Shown: in pieces, positions 11,491 through 21,671 of the stretch | Layout of the letters: every line of letters starts with the position of its first letter | Position numbering within the stretch: the first letter of the stretch is position 1 | NCBI GenBank assembly: GCA_965224195.1 | Contig: OZ245040.1 | Coordinates: forward strand, 1,600,001 to 1,664,000 | Direction: 5' to 3' | Length of the DNA stretch: 64,000 bases | From: Nitrosopumilus sp. | GTDB lineage: Archaea > Thermoproteota > Nitrososphaeria > Nitrososphaerales > Nitrosopumilaceae | Translations under genes and position numbers: made by a program | The notes under the pieces: model-generated | What the model was told of the DNA's origin: nothing | Database searches by the model: none | Seen by the model: the letters and a program-made list of their open reading frames with translations, nothing else

Positions 11491-11523
11491 GCACGCACGC
11501 ACACGCACACACACCCCCCCCCC
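11491..11523. repeat. (GCAC)/(AC) microsatellite plus C10 tract upstream of giant gene 1
   Basis: gcacgcacgcacacgcacacacacccccccccc, about 90-120 bp before the start at 11403. Confidence 0.85.
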
Positions 11524-11735
11524 AAATCAGTGATAGGCAAGATATAAGCAATATGCACATATTAACCAGAAAACACATGTATTTAATCATTTTGTAATCT
11601 GGGTTTTGCCAGCTTGTCTTGTCTTAAATTCTTGAAAAGAGGACTGGAACAACAGTCCAAGCGTTAGTATTTGACACTAGAGTATGCTCATCTAAGGTAA
11701 GGCATAAGCGCATATGAAACAGCAGACTGTCACAA

Positions 11736-12140
11736 TTGAACTGTGACGGGTTTGCAAATAAATGCCGCATTGCATATGATGTTCACAATGAGAAAATAAA
11801 TGACTTGGTAATGCGTTCTGCATGCGGTGCAGAGTTTCAAAATTATACGGCATATATTTACGAGACTGTATCTGTCAGTATAATTGCGTCAGTCAAGGGG
11901 GACTTTGACTTTGCATGTGCTGTTGTGGCCGTTTTGAGCAGACAGTACGCCAGATACCAGTCAATAGCATATCTGGACAACTTTGCAGGAGCAAAAGACT
12001 TGACAGTTCATTATTTCCCAGAGAAGGGCAGGGCTGCAGCTGATGAGTACATTGCAGTGAATCACCCAGACTTTGAAAGAATAGACATGTCAGAAATTGA
12101 ATCCATTGCTGCAAAGTTTCTGAAAAGATGCCAGTCTTGA
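11736..12140 (+). CDS. Hypothetical protein
   Basis: 134-aa ORF filling the gap between the two giant genes; no motif recognised. Confidence 0.5.
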   Translation: MNCDGFANKCRIAYDVHNEKINDLVMRSACGAEFQNYTAYIYETVSVSIIASVKGDFDFACAVVAVLSRQYARYQSIAYLDNFAGAKDLTVHYFPEKGRAAADEYIAVNHPDFERIDMSEIESIAAKFLKRCQS

Positions 12141-12262
12141 GGGCAGCAAATTATAGAGGCTAAAAACACATGCCGTGATAAATCCTGCGACCAGGGGTTT
12201 TTTTACATCTTTATAAATTCAAAAAACTTGCAACGTGTCCTGCTGCAAATCAAACTTTAGAA

Positions 12263-15200
12263 CTATTTTTTCTTTATTATTTCAAAATAATAAACAATGG
12301 CAGCAAACACAACGACAAAAAATATTATTGAAATTATTAGTAATTCACTCATCGATAGTTTAGGTGCAACAGGTTCAGGTGTTGGTTCAGGTGTGTATAC
12401 AGGCTCTGGTGTGTATACAGGCTCTGGTGTGTATACAGGTTCAGGTGTGTATACAGGTTCAGGTGTTGGTTCAGGTGTGTATACAGGTTCTGGTGTTAGC
12501 TCTGGTGTGTATACAGGTTCCGGTGTTGGCTCTGGTGCTCTGACAGATGACGGCCTGTTGTCCCTGCCGACAATGTCTTTTAACAGTTCATCCAAATTCA
12601 TATTATCATAATATACTATGCCAGGCAGTTCCTTCAGTATGATGTGGCCATCACAGTATGCCGCAGCAGATTCTACCTGTGCCTGTTTTTGTGATTTGTC
12701 GTAACTTTTTATCGACATTACATTTTCAGAAAGCATCTCTAAACCCTCAAAGCTAAACGCATATAGAGAGATGGGTACGTGCACGGACTTGAGAAGATCC
12801 TTCATGCTGGCCTGGGATGTCATATCAATGCCAACATTGGATGGATGCCCGTCCAAGACAATGGAGGCGCCAAGGTTGTCCCCATATGTACCTGCAACTA
12901 GTACCACATCATTTTCCAGTCCGCACTGGTTGTACAGTAGTAGTATTGGACTCATTGTAAAACCTACAGAGCCGCTGCTGCTGCTGCCACGGTCAGCAGG
13001 CTGTGGTGTAGTAGGCTGTGGTGCGATGGGTTTTGGTGTGATGGGTTTTGGTGGCAAGGCATCCTCTGGTATTTCTTTAGGAGTGCTGTCAATTACTGCA
13101 GTATCTAGTTCAACACTGACTGCATCTTCAATGACAATAGGATCCCTTACGGCAAGTACTAGGCTGTCATCCTTCTTCACCACATCTGCACCATCTGATG
13201 TTGGGATGTCATCAGCTAGTGACTTGGTGTGCTGCACTGCCGTACCATCAGGTGTAGAGCTGGTATTCTTTGTTACATCCACGCCGTCTGATGTTGGAAT
13301 ATTGTCAGCCAGTGATTTGACATATTGCTTGGTTACAGAGATACCATCAGATGTTGGAATGTCATCAGCTAGTGACTTGGTGTGCTGCACTGCCGTGCCA
13401 TCAGGTGTCAAGCTGGTATTCTTTGTTACATCCACGCCGTCTGATGTTGGAATATTGTCAGCCAGTGATTTGACATATTGTTTGGTTACAGAGATATCAT
13501 CAGATGTTGGGGCTTCATCAGATGTAGATATGGCATATAGTTTCACTACATCTGCATTGTCCCTTGTTGGGATGTCATCAGATATGGATCTAGAGTACCG
13601 CTTTACCACATCTGCACCATCTGATGTTTTGATAACATCAGCTAGAGATTTTACATATTGCTTTGTTACATTCACATCATCAGATGTTGGGATAGTATCA
13701 GATGGAGATATGGCATATTGTTTCACTACATCTGCACCATCAGATGTTGGAATGGTGTCAGCTGGAGATATGGCATATTGTTTCACCACATCTGCACCAT
13801 CTGATGTTGGAATGGTGTCAGCTGGAGATATGGCATATTGTTTCACCACATCTGCACCATCTGATGTTTGGATGTCATCAGCTAGTGATTTGACATATTG
13901 TTTGGTTACAGAGATACCATCAGATGTTGGAATGGTGTCAGCTGGAGATATGGCATATTGTTTCACTACATCTGCACCATCTGATGTTGGAATATTGTCA
14001 GCTAGTGATTTGACATATTGTTTGGTTACAGAGATACCATCAGATGTTGGAATGGTGTCAGCTGGAGATATGGCATATTGTTTCACTACATCTGCACCAT
14101 CTGATGTTTGGATGTCATCAGCTAGTGATTTGACATATTGTTTGGTTACAGAGATACCATCTGATGTTTGGATGTCATCAGATGGAGATATGGCATATTG
14201 TTTCACCACATCAACTGCGTCCTTTGATGGAGCTGCATCAGATGGAGATATGGCATACAGTTTCACTACATCTGCACCATCTGATGTTTTGATAATATCA
14301 GCTAGAGACTTTGCATATTGCTTTGTTACATCTACTACATCTGATGTTAGGATAGTATCAGATATGGATTTGACATATTGTTTGGTTACAGAGATATCAT
14401 CAGATGTTGGAGCTTCATCAGATGTAGATATGGCATATAGTTTCACTACATCTGCATTGTCCCTTGTTGGGATGTCATCAGATATGGATTTGACATATTG
14501 TTTGGTTACAGAGATATCATCAGATGTTGGGATAGTATCAGCTGCTAAGCTGGCATACAGTTTCGCCACAACCGCACCATCAGATGTTGGGATAGTATCA
14601 GCTGCTAAGCTGGCATACAGTTTCGCCACAACCGCACCATCAGATGTTGGGATAGTATCAGATATGGATTTGACATATTGTTTGGTTACAGAGATATCAT
14701 CAGATGTTGGAATTGTATCAGATGTAGATATGGCATATAGTTTCACTACATCTGCATTGTCCCTTGTTGGGATGTCATCAGATGTAGATCTAGAGTACCG
14801 CTTTACCACATCTGCATCATCTGATGTTGGAGCTTCATCAGATGTAGATATTGCATATAGTTTCACTACATCCGCATCATCTGATGTTTGGATGTCATCA
14901 GATATGGATTTGACATATTGTTTGGTTACAGAGATATCATCAGATGTTGGGATAGTATCAGATGTAGATCTAGAGTACCGCTTTACCACATCTGCACCAT
15001 CTGATGTTTGGATGTCATCAGCTAGTGATTTGACATATTGTTTGGTTACAGAGATACCATCAGATGTTGGAATATTGTCAGATGGAGATATTGCATATTG
15101 TTTCACTACATCTGCACCATCTGATGTTGGAATATTGTCAGCCAGTGATTTGACATATTGCTTGGTTACAGAGATATCATCAGATGTTGGAGCTTCATCA

Positions 15201-18200
15201 GATGTAGATATTGCATACAGTTTCACTACATCAACTGCGTCCTTTGATGGAACTGCATCAGATGGAGATATGGCATACAGTTTCACTACATCCGCATTGT
15301 CCCTTGTTGGGATGTCATCAGATATGGATCTAGAGTACCGCTTTACCACATCTGCACCATCTGATGTTTGGATGTCATCAGATATGGATTTGACATATTG
15401 CTTGGTTACATCCACATCATCAGATGTTGGAATTGTATCAGATATGGATCTAGAGTACCGCTTTACCACATCTGCACCATCTGATGTTTGGATGTCATCA
15501 GATATGGATTTGACATATTGTTTGGTTACATCCACATCATCAGATGTTGGAATTGTATCAGATATGGATCTAGAGTACCGCTTTACCACATCTGCACCAT
15601 CTGATGTTTGGATGTCATCAGATATGGATTTGACATATTGTTTGGTTACATCCACATCATCAGATGTTGGAATTGTATCAGATATGGATCTAGAGTACCG
15701 CTTTACCACATCTGCATCATCTGATGTTGGAGCTTCATCAGATGGAGATATGGCATACAGTTTCACTACATCAACTGCGTCCTTTGATGGAATTGTATCA
15801 TATGGAGATATGGCATACAGTTTCACTACATCTGCATCATCTGATGTTGGGATGGTGTCAGCTGCTAAGCGGGCATACAGTTTCGCCACAACCGCACCAT
15901 CAGATGTTAGGATAGTATCAGATGGAGATATGGCATACAGTTTCACTACATCCGCATTGTCCCTTGTTGGGATGTCATCAGATATGGATTTGACATATTG
16001 TTTGGTTACAGAGATATCATCGGATGTTGGGATGGTGTCAGATGGAGATATGGCATACAGTTTCACTACATCAACTGCGTCCTTTGATGGAATTGTATCA
16101 GATGGAGATATGGCATACAGTTTCACTACATCTGCACCATCTGATGTTTTGATAATATCAGCTAGAGACTTTGCATATTGCTTTGTTACATCTACTACAT
16201 CTGATGTTTGGATGTCATCAGATATGGATTTGACATATTGTTTGGTTACAGAGATATCATCGGATGTTGGAGCTTCATCAGATGTAGATATGGCATATAG
16301 TTTCGCCACATCTGCATTGTCCCTTGTTGGGATGTCATCAGCTAGTGATTTGACATATTGTTTGGTTACAGAGATACCATCAGATGTTGGAGCATCATCA
16401 GATGTAGATATGGCATATAGTTTCGCCACATCTGCATTGTCCCTTGTTGGGATGTCATCAGATATGGATTTGACATATTGTTTGGTTACAGAGATACCAT
16501 CAGATGTTTGGATGTCATCAGATATGGATTTGACATATTGTTTGGTTACAGAGATACCATCAGATGTTTGGATGTCATCAGATATGGATTTGACATATTG
16601 TTTGGTTACAGAGATACCATCAGATGTTTGGATGTCATCAGATATGGATTTGACATATTGTTTGGTTACAGAGATACCATCAGATGTTTGGATGTCATCA
16701 GATATGGATTTGACATATTGTTTGGTTACAGAGATACCATCAGATGTTTGGATGTCATCAGATATGGATTTGACATATTGTTTGGTTACAGAGATACCAT
16801 CAGATGTTTGGATGTCATCAGATATGGATTTGACATATTGTTTGGTTACAGAGATACCATCAGATGTTTGGATGTCATCAGATATGGATTTGACATATTG
16901 TTTGGTTACAGAGATACCATCAGATGTTTGGATGTCATCAGATATGGATTTGACATATTGTTTGGTTACAGAGATACCATCAGATGTTTGGATGTCATCA
17001 GATGGAGATATGGCATACAGTTTCATCACATCAACTGCGTCCTTTGATGGAGCTGCATCAGATGGAGATATGGCATACAGTTTCATCACATCTGCATCGT
17101 CCCTTGTTGGGATGTCATCAGCTGGAGATATGGCATACAGTTTCATCACATGGTGCAAAGTAGACGCTATTGAATCCCTGATTACTGCCCTGTCAGACGC
17201 ATATACTGTGTGGTGTTTGACGGCTGATGCCGCATCCCTGATCACTGCCCTGTCAGACGCATATACTGTGTGGTGTTTGACGGCTGATGCCGCATCCCTG
17301 ATCACTGCCCTGTCAGACGCATATACTGTGTGGTGTTTGACGGCTGATGCCGCATCCCTGATCACTGCCCTGTCAGACGCATATACTGTGTGGTGTTTGA
17401 CGGCTGATGCCGCATCCCTGATCACTGCCATGTCAGGCACGGTGTAGTTTTTTCTAACCGATGCAGAATCCGATACGGTTATTTTGTCAGGTTCGGTTTG
17501 TACATCGACATACAATGCCAGGGGTGCATCATCAGAGTCCATCTTGTTCCCATGCATGTCATAGACGCCCCCGACAATGCGGAGTTCGTCCATAGAGTTA
17601 TCCAAAGTTCGTTTCAGTTGATTGTCAGTTAGCCTTATACGCAAGTCAGTACCGTCAGCAGACGTGGCTTTCTGTGCGCCATCAAGGGGCGCCTCCAGGT
17701 CTTTATGTGTCGCCCTTATTGTCATCTTAGAAAGATCAATTCTGGAGACATCTATTGCCTCACTGAATCTTACAAGCAGCTCGCCGGATCTCTTGTCCAG
17801 CATTGCCGGGATCATCGGCATGTGTGTAAGGTCAAATATGATCACGCTGTCTGACCCGCGAAAAGTGGCTGCGGCATATGTTCTGGGGCCGACAGTCATG
17901 ATTGAAACGTCACTTGCAATGGCTGTATCATCACCAATGTGCCGGTATGACATATACAGCCAGTCGCCGTATATCTTGTAATTTTTCGGATCTGTTATGT
18001 CAATTACCTGAATGCCCTGGTCTGTTTTGGCACTTGTAATGGCATAGACTTTGGAGTCAATACTGGCAACGGCGACTGCATTGTTGGCGTTTTCGGGCTT
18101 TGCAATGTGGGGAATAAACGCATGTGTCGTGAATGGCTTTTTGGGATCAGTAATGTCAATCATCTGAATGTTTTTGTCGCTGGCCAGATCCACTACTGCA

Positions 18201-19228
18201 TATGTTCTGGAGTTGATGCTTGTGATGGCCACGCCGATCGGCTTCTCCAGGTTGTAGCTGTGTGCAAGGGATGCAACCGGAGACGGGCGTCTGGGATCCG
18301 TGATATCGATTATCTGAATGCCGTTATCAGAGTATGCTGTTGCTACCATGTATGTTTTGGAGCCCATGGTTGTTGTAGCGATGGCATTTACTCCACCAAG
18401 CGTGTCAAAGCTGCCTGTATCATCACGTATGTATGCAATCTTTTTTAATATAAAATGCATATCCAGTATTGTAATGCGGCTGTCTTCTGTCTCAGTCACT
18501 ATCACATAGTCTTTCAAACCAATGGTAACAGTATCTATGCTTGTGGGGTTGTTAATTATAGGATTGTTAGAATCAGAATTAAGTATGCTGCCATAACCAA
18601 TTTTAGGAAGGTCTGGATGGGTAATATCTATCCCAAGTACTGGGAGAAGAGTGCTATTGTTAGTGACTAGGGCGTAGACGGAATCATCAACAGTAGTAAT
18701 GGTAACATCCATCGGATGTCCATATTGAGTAAAGTTTACAGACGATATCCGGAGGGGGTTTGCAGGATCAGTTATCTCAATTATCTGCATGCCTTTGTCA
18801 TCATGGGCTGCCACTATTGCATAAGTTCTATCTTTGATGCTGGCAATGGCTACAGTGTTGGCCCCGCCAAGCTTGTCAAAGCCTGATTGTCCGTCAGTCA
18901 TATTTGCAATTGGAAATGCTTTCCCAAGCAGAAAGGGTTTTGTTTTGTCATCCTGTGCCGGATGCTGCTGCGCATGTGCATTTTCAGGCATGTCAGGAAT
19001 GCAGAGAACTGCAATCATGATGCATGTTGCCGCAACGACACAGAAGATGCCAGGCTTGGACACAGGATGTCCTGCTGCCATGATTGCCCACCCCCCCCCC
19101 CCCGAATATTGGAGGCGCAGTGGCAGGGGCCTAAAATTCCGAGACGTGTATGGCAGTAAACCAGACAAAATAAAAAATATCATGCTTTGATAAAAAAGAA
19201 AAGGAGGTATTATGTTATGTGACACCAA
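12263..19228 (-). CDS. Giant membrane-anchored repeat protein: LVIVD-type propeller head, about 70 20-aa stalk repeats, PEP linker, C-terminal TM helix; real start probably ATG at 19081
   Basis: IQIIDITDP repeats; KQYVKSISDDIQTSDGISVT-type repeats; C-terminal LLIISIIFFVVVFAAIVYYFEIIKKK; signal peptide after MAAGHPVSK. Confidence 0.85.
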   Translation of the reverse strand: MVSHNIIPPFLFYQSMIFFILSGLLPYTSRNFRPLPLRLQYSGGGGWAIMAAGHPVSKPGIFCVVAATCIMIAVLCIPDMPENAHAQQHPAQDDKTKPFLLGKAFPIANMTDGQSGFDKLGGANTVAIASIKDRTYAIVAAHDDKGMQIIEITDPANPLRISSVNFTQYGHPMDVTITTVDDSVYALVTNNSTLLPVLGIDITHPDLPKIGYGSILNSDSNNPIINNPTSIDTVTIGLKDYVIVTETEDSRITILDMHFILKKIAYIRDDTGSFDTLGGVNAIATTTMGSKTYMVATAYSDNGIQIIDITDPRRPSPVASLAHSYNLEKPIGVAITSINSRTYAVVDLASDKNIQMIDITDPKKPFTTHAFIPHIAKPENANNAVAVASIDSKVYAITSAKTDQGIQVIDITDPKNYKIYGDWLYMSYRHIGDDTAIASDVSIMTVGPRTYAAATFRGSDSVIIFDLTHMPMIPAMLDKRSGELLVRFSEAIDVSRIDLSKMTIRATHKDLEAPLDGAQKATSADGTDLRIRLTDNQLKRTLDNSMDELRIVGGVYDMHGNKMDSDDAPLALYVDVQTEPDKITVSDSASVRKNYTVPDMAVIRDAASAVKHHTVYASDRAVIRDAASAVKHHTVYASDRAVIRDAASAVKHHTVYASDRAVIRDAASAVKHHTVYASDRAVIRDSIASTLHHVMKLYAISPADDIPTRDDADVMKLYAISPSDAAPSKDAVDVMKLYAISPSDDIQTSDGISVTKQYVKSISDDIQTSDGISVTKQYVKSISDDIQTSDGISVTKQYVKSISDDIQTSDGISVTKQYVKSISDDIQTSDGISVTKQYVKSISDDIQTSDGISVTKQYVKSISDDIQTSDGISVTKQYVKSISDDIQTSDGISVTKQYVKSISDDIQTSDGISVTKQYVKSISDDIPTRDNADVAKLYAISTSDDAPTSDGISVTKQYVKSLADDIPTRDNADVAKLYAISTSDEAPTSDDISVTKQYVKSISDDIQTSDVVDVTKQYAKSLADIIKTSDGADVVKLYAISPSDTIPSKDAVDVVKLYAISPSDTIPTSDDISVTKQYVKSISDDIPTRDNADVVKLYAISPSDTILTSDGAVVAKLYARLAADTIPTSDDADVVKLYAISPYDTIPSKDAVDVVKLYAISPSDEAPTSDDADVVKRYSRSISDTIPTSDDVDVTKQYVKSISDDIQTSDGADVVKRYSRSISDTIPTSDDVDVTKQYVKSISDDIQTSDGADVVKRYSRSISDTIPTSDDVDVTKQYVKSISDDIQTSDGADVVKRYSRSISDDIPTRDNADVVKLYAISPSDAVPSKDAVDVVKLYAISTSDEAPTSDDISVTKQYVKSLADNIPTSDGADVVKQYAISPSDNIPTSDGISVTKQYVKSLADDIQTSDGADVVKRYSRSTSDTIPTSDDISVTKQYVKSISDDIQTSDDADVVKLYAISTSDEAPTSDDADVVKRYSRSTSDDIPTRDNADVVKLYAISTSDTIPTSDDISVTKQYVKSISDTIPTSDGAVVAKLYASLAADTIPTSDGAVVAKLYASLAADTIPTSDDISVTKQYVKSISDDIPTRDNADVVKLYAISTSDEAPTSDDISVTKQYVKSISDTILTSDVVDVTKQYAKSLADIIKTSDGADVVKLYAISPSDAAPSKDAVDVVKQYAISPSDDIQTSDGISVTKQYVKSLADDIQTSDGADVVKQYAISPADTIPTSDGISVTKQYVKSLADNIPTSDGADVVKQYAISPADTIPTSDGISVTKQYVKSLADDIQTSDGADVVKQYAISPADTIPTSDGADVVKQYAISPADTIPTSDGADVVKQYAISPSDTIPTSDDVNVTKQYVKSLADVIKTSDGADVVKRYSRSISDDIPTRDNADVVKLYAISTSDEAPTSDDISVTKQYVKSLADNIPTSDGVDVTKNTSLTPDGTAVQHTKSLADDIPTSDGISVTKQYVKSLADNIPTSDGVDVTKNTSSTPDGTAVQHTKSLADDIPTSDGADVVKKDDSLVLAVRDPIVIEDAVSVELDTAVIDSTPKEIPEDALPPKPITPKPIAPQPTTPQPADRGSSSSGSVGFTMSPILLLYNQCGLENDVVLVAGTYGDNLGASIVLDGHPSNVGIDMTSQASMKDLLKSVHVPISLYAFSFEGLEMLSENVMSIKSYDKSQKQAQVESAAAYCDGHIILKELPGIVYYDNMNLDELLKDIVGRDNRPSSVRAPEPTPEPVYTPELTPEPVYTPEPTPEPVYTPEPVYTPEPVYTPEPVYTPEPTPEPVAPKLSMSELLIISIIFFVVVFAAIVYYFEIIKKK
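13180..17440 (-). repeat. 60-bp coding tandem array with mosaic unit types
   Basis: The 60-base lines align in register; eight identical consecutive units at 16501-16980. Confidence 0.95.
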
Positions 19229-19233
19229 TTCTA

Positions 19234-19980
19234 TTACGGGAGCATATCAAACGTGTATGTGATCTGAACTGTCTCGCCTGTGTTTACTATGACATCAGTT
19301 ATGGCCACTGATGCAAGCAGAATTCCGCCGTTTTTGTTACAGTTGTTAAAAGCATTGTTATCTGCTGACTCGTTGCTGCATATGCCTATGCCAGTTATTG
19401 TAGTGGCATCTGCAAAGTTTGTGCCATCAGCTGCAAACGTGAGAGGCCCTATGGTGGCTGTCTGGCCAGAATAGGTAACTGCATTATCCTGCATGCAGTT
19501 GTCTGTTGTCAGGCCGTTGGCCTGATCAAAACTGCTTGCGGTGTTACCTGCAGCTGGTGCAAAAGAACTTTGGTCAGTTACGCATATTGAGCCCACCCTG
19601 ACGTTGTCTGCAATGTCTGTTCCGCCGTCCTCAAATATTGATTGCAGGATATAGTCTGCACCCTCTTCTGTAAGAAGATTGGGGGACGTCTGGGTCAGCA
19701 TGACATTGCCGGAGCTGTCATACTTTGTGAGCGATATCACGCCGCTTGCCTTTATTGCGTCATTGGCTATGTCGTCTGCAAATAGCGTCTTTGACTGTAC
19801 ATCAGGATCAGATGTATTGCCTGTATCAAGTGCTGTTCCTAACCCTGGCATGTCTTTTGCAGGCTTCAACTGTACATCAAGATCAGATGTATTGCCTGTA
19901 TCAAGTGCTGAGGCGGCAACAAAGACTGCCAAGGCTGCAACTGCCATTGACGAATACAAGACTGCATTCTTTTTCTTCAT
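19234..19980 (-). CDS. Secreted beta-rich protein resembling phage tail-fibre/baseplate-proximal domains; partner of the giant repeat protein
   Basis: Signal peptide; pattern GVISLTKYD..NLLTEEGADYIL...TITGIGI...ILLASVAITDVIVNTGETVQITYTF. Confidence 0.6.
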   Translation of the reverse strand: MKKKNAVLYSSMAVAALAVFVAASALDTGNTSDLDVQLKPAKDMPGLGTALDTGNTSDPDVQSKTLFADDIANDAIKASGVISLTKYDSSGNVMLTQTSPNLLTEEGADYILQSIFEDGGTDIADNVRVGSICVTDQSSFAPAAGNTASSFDQANGLTTDNCMQDNAVTYSGQTATIGPLTFAADGTNFADATTITGIGICSNESADNNAFNNCNKNGGILLASVAITDVIVNTGETVQITYTFDMLP

Positions 19981-20297
19981 GACAATAACAAGCTGTATTA
20001 TGTATAAGTATCTTTAACTAATCTTAGAACTGTGTATTATCCCAAAACCGGTTCTGTCAAGCAGTCCGCAGATAAGATCAAAATTTTCTTCGTGTCAAGT
20101 AATCGGAACATGGATTAGGATAATTTGATATCAGATGGTTCTCTTTTAATGGCCGGACACATATCTTGCAAGCCCGGGCTTTGTGTAATTTTTATCTCTT
20201 TGGGATTTGCCTTTCTTCAGCCTGCAATATCCGCGTCTCTTTTCTTTTCAGCTGGTTTTTTAGCCTTTAATTTACTGCACATTCCCTTACAACATTG

Positions 20298-20564
20298 CTA
20301 GTTGACTGCTGCACTGTCACTTGTTGCAATGGCTTCAGTTAGAATAATCTTTTTGGCATCTTTTTTTGGATCCTGCTTTGCCGTCTTTTTGGAATCATCA
20401 GTTATCAATTTCATACCCGTCTGTTTTTGTGATTCCTTCCAGTCCTCCATAATGCCATGAGATGTTTTACCATTCATATTCTTTGCATTTTGCTCTGCAA
20501 TTCTTTCCAGCCTGTCATCTGATATCTTTTTTGCCTCTGCTGTTTTTTTCTCCTTTTCTAGCAA
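20298..20564 (-). CDS. Small charged hypothetical protein or fragment
   Basis: 88 aa; C-terminus LTEAIATSDSAAVN resembles one stalk repeat of 12263..19228. Confidence 0.4.
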   Translation of the reverse strand: MLEKEKKTAEAKKISDDRLERIAEQNAKNMNGKTSHGIMEDWKESQKQTGMKLITDDSKKTAKQDPKKDAKKIILTEAIATSDSAAVN

Positions 20565-20713
20565 TTGTTTTTCTTTAAAATTATATCATCATACCAAATC
20601 AATTAAATATTCTTCAAGTAGGTACCCTCAAAATTAATCCGTCATGATCATAGAGTACTTGTTTGTTTATGGGTCCCATCTACAAATTAACAATCTTTTT
20701 TTGATTAACTGTT

Positions 20714-20883
20714 AACCCTATGGAAATATTTCCACAGTGTTTATCTTCATTTCCAAGGGTCGGTCATTTGACCTAGCCTTCCAACCCTAGGGAAATATTA
20801 CCCAGGGGTTATCTTGTACATCACAAGTGGCCATCAAATGAAGAAACCTTCAATTAACATTAAGGAAACATTTCCTGAATGTT
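20714..20883. repeat. Cluster of four 28-bp imperfect palindromes with 11-6-11 architecture (dif/att-like)
   Basis: Sites at 20714, 20754, 20783 and 20856, e.g. AACCCTATGGA-AATATT-TCCACAGTGTT and AACATTAAGGA-AACATT-TCCTGAATGTT. Confidence 0.7.
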
Positions 20884-21012
20884 GCATATGTGGAGAGGGC
20901 AGGGGCAGGTATACCAGGTTTTGTTAACTCAAAACTAATTGTAGATTGAAATGGTATGTTGCCTGTTTGATTTGCAATTACACTTTTGGTGCCACCCATG
21001 TCCCACTCAAAT

Positions 21013-21477
21013 CTAATTAAATGTAAACATAGGAATTGTGATTTTTTGTTCTTGAGGATAAACATCAAATGCAATTGATGCATCTCCATCTCTATATCCA
21101 ATGTCAGGTCCTACCTCTAGACCATCAATCAAAACTATGGGTCCAAATTCGTTATTTTCTGGCATTTTATTTTTTATAAAATCTTCTTTAATAATAATAG
21201 TGAATTTTTCGTTAATATCTGATTTTACATCAAAGGTCAAAATACCACTGCTTTTTTCAAATGATGGATTTTTTACTATTGATGAATTACCAGATGAAAA
21301 ATACAAAAAAAGATAGGATTCACTTTCTGACTCTATTTCAAAATAATTATTTTTGCTTTCATTCGTTTCGTTGAAAACAATTGATAGGCCTACTATAGTG
21401 GCAATTATAATTCCAATAATCAAAATTTTAGCCATACGTATTGAAAGTATTTCTTCTGTATTCTGCAAAAAAGTCAT
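21013..21477 (-). CDS. Membrane-anchored/secreted thaumarchaeal surface-domain protein
   Basis: N-terminal TM ILIIGIIIATIVGLSIVF; GILTFDV...IVLIDGLEV pattern. Confidence 0.6.
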   Translation of the reverse strand: MTFLQNTEEILSIRMAKILIIGIIIATIVGLSIVFNETNESKNNYFEIESESESYLFLYFSSGNSSIVKNPSFEKSSGILTFDVKSDINEKFTIIIKEDFIKNKMPENNEFGPIVLIDGLEVGPDIGYRDGDASIAFDVYPQEQKITIPMFTFN

Positions 21478-21671
21478 TATTTCTCAATAAAATGACATTC
21501 TATTAAAACTAATTTTATAAGGCATTGTAAAGTTGATGGGGCTTTAGATCCTAATTTTCTCTTGTCAACTTTCGAGACCTACATTGTTACTTTTCGGTTG
21601 CTGTGAAAACAATCTAAATTTGGAAATAAAATAGACTATTAATAATTGAAGTATGTAGAAGAAATAGGAAT

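Noticed and set aside
16478-17047. Repeat-derived alternative-frame ORF, and the 60-bp array as a possible CRISPR
   Set aside because: Units are contiguous with no unique spacers and are in-frame coding.
12771-17447. 1558-aa ORF on the + strand
   Set aside because: Antisense shadow of the 60-bp coding repeat; the minus frame has a signal peptide, domains and an anchor.
1852-19228. Diversity-generating retroelement or shufflon acting on the adhesins
   Set aside because: No reverse transcriptase or invertase nearby, and repeat differences are not adenine-specific.
19794-19910. 42-bp duplication around 33 bp as a second ectopic spacer event
   Set aside because: In-frame (75 bp), one mismatch, and longer than the local CRISPR repeat; ordinary intragenic duplication suffices.
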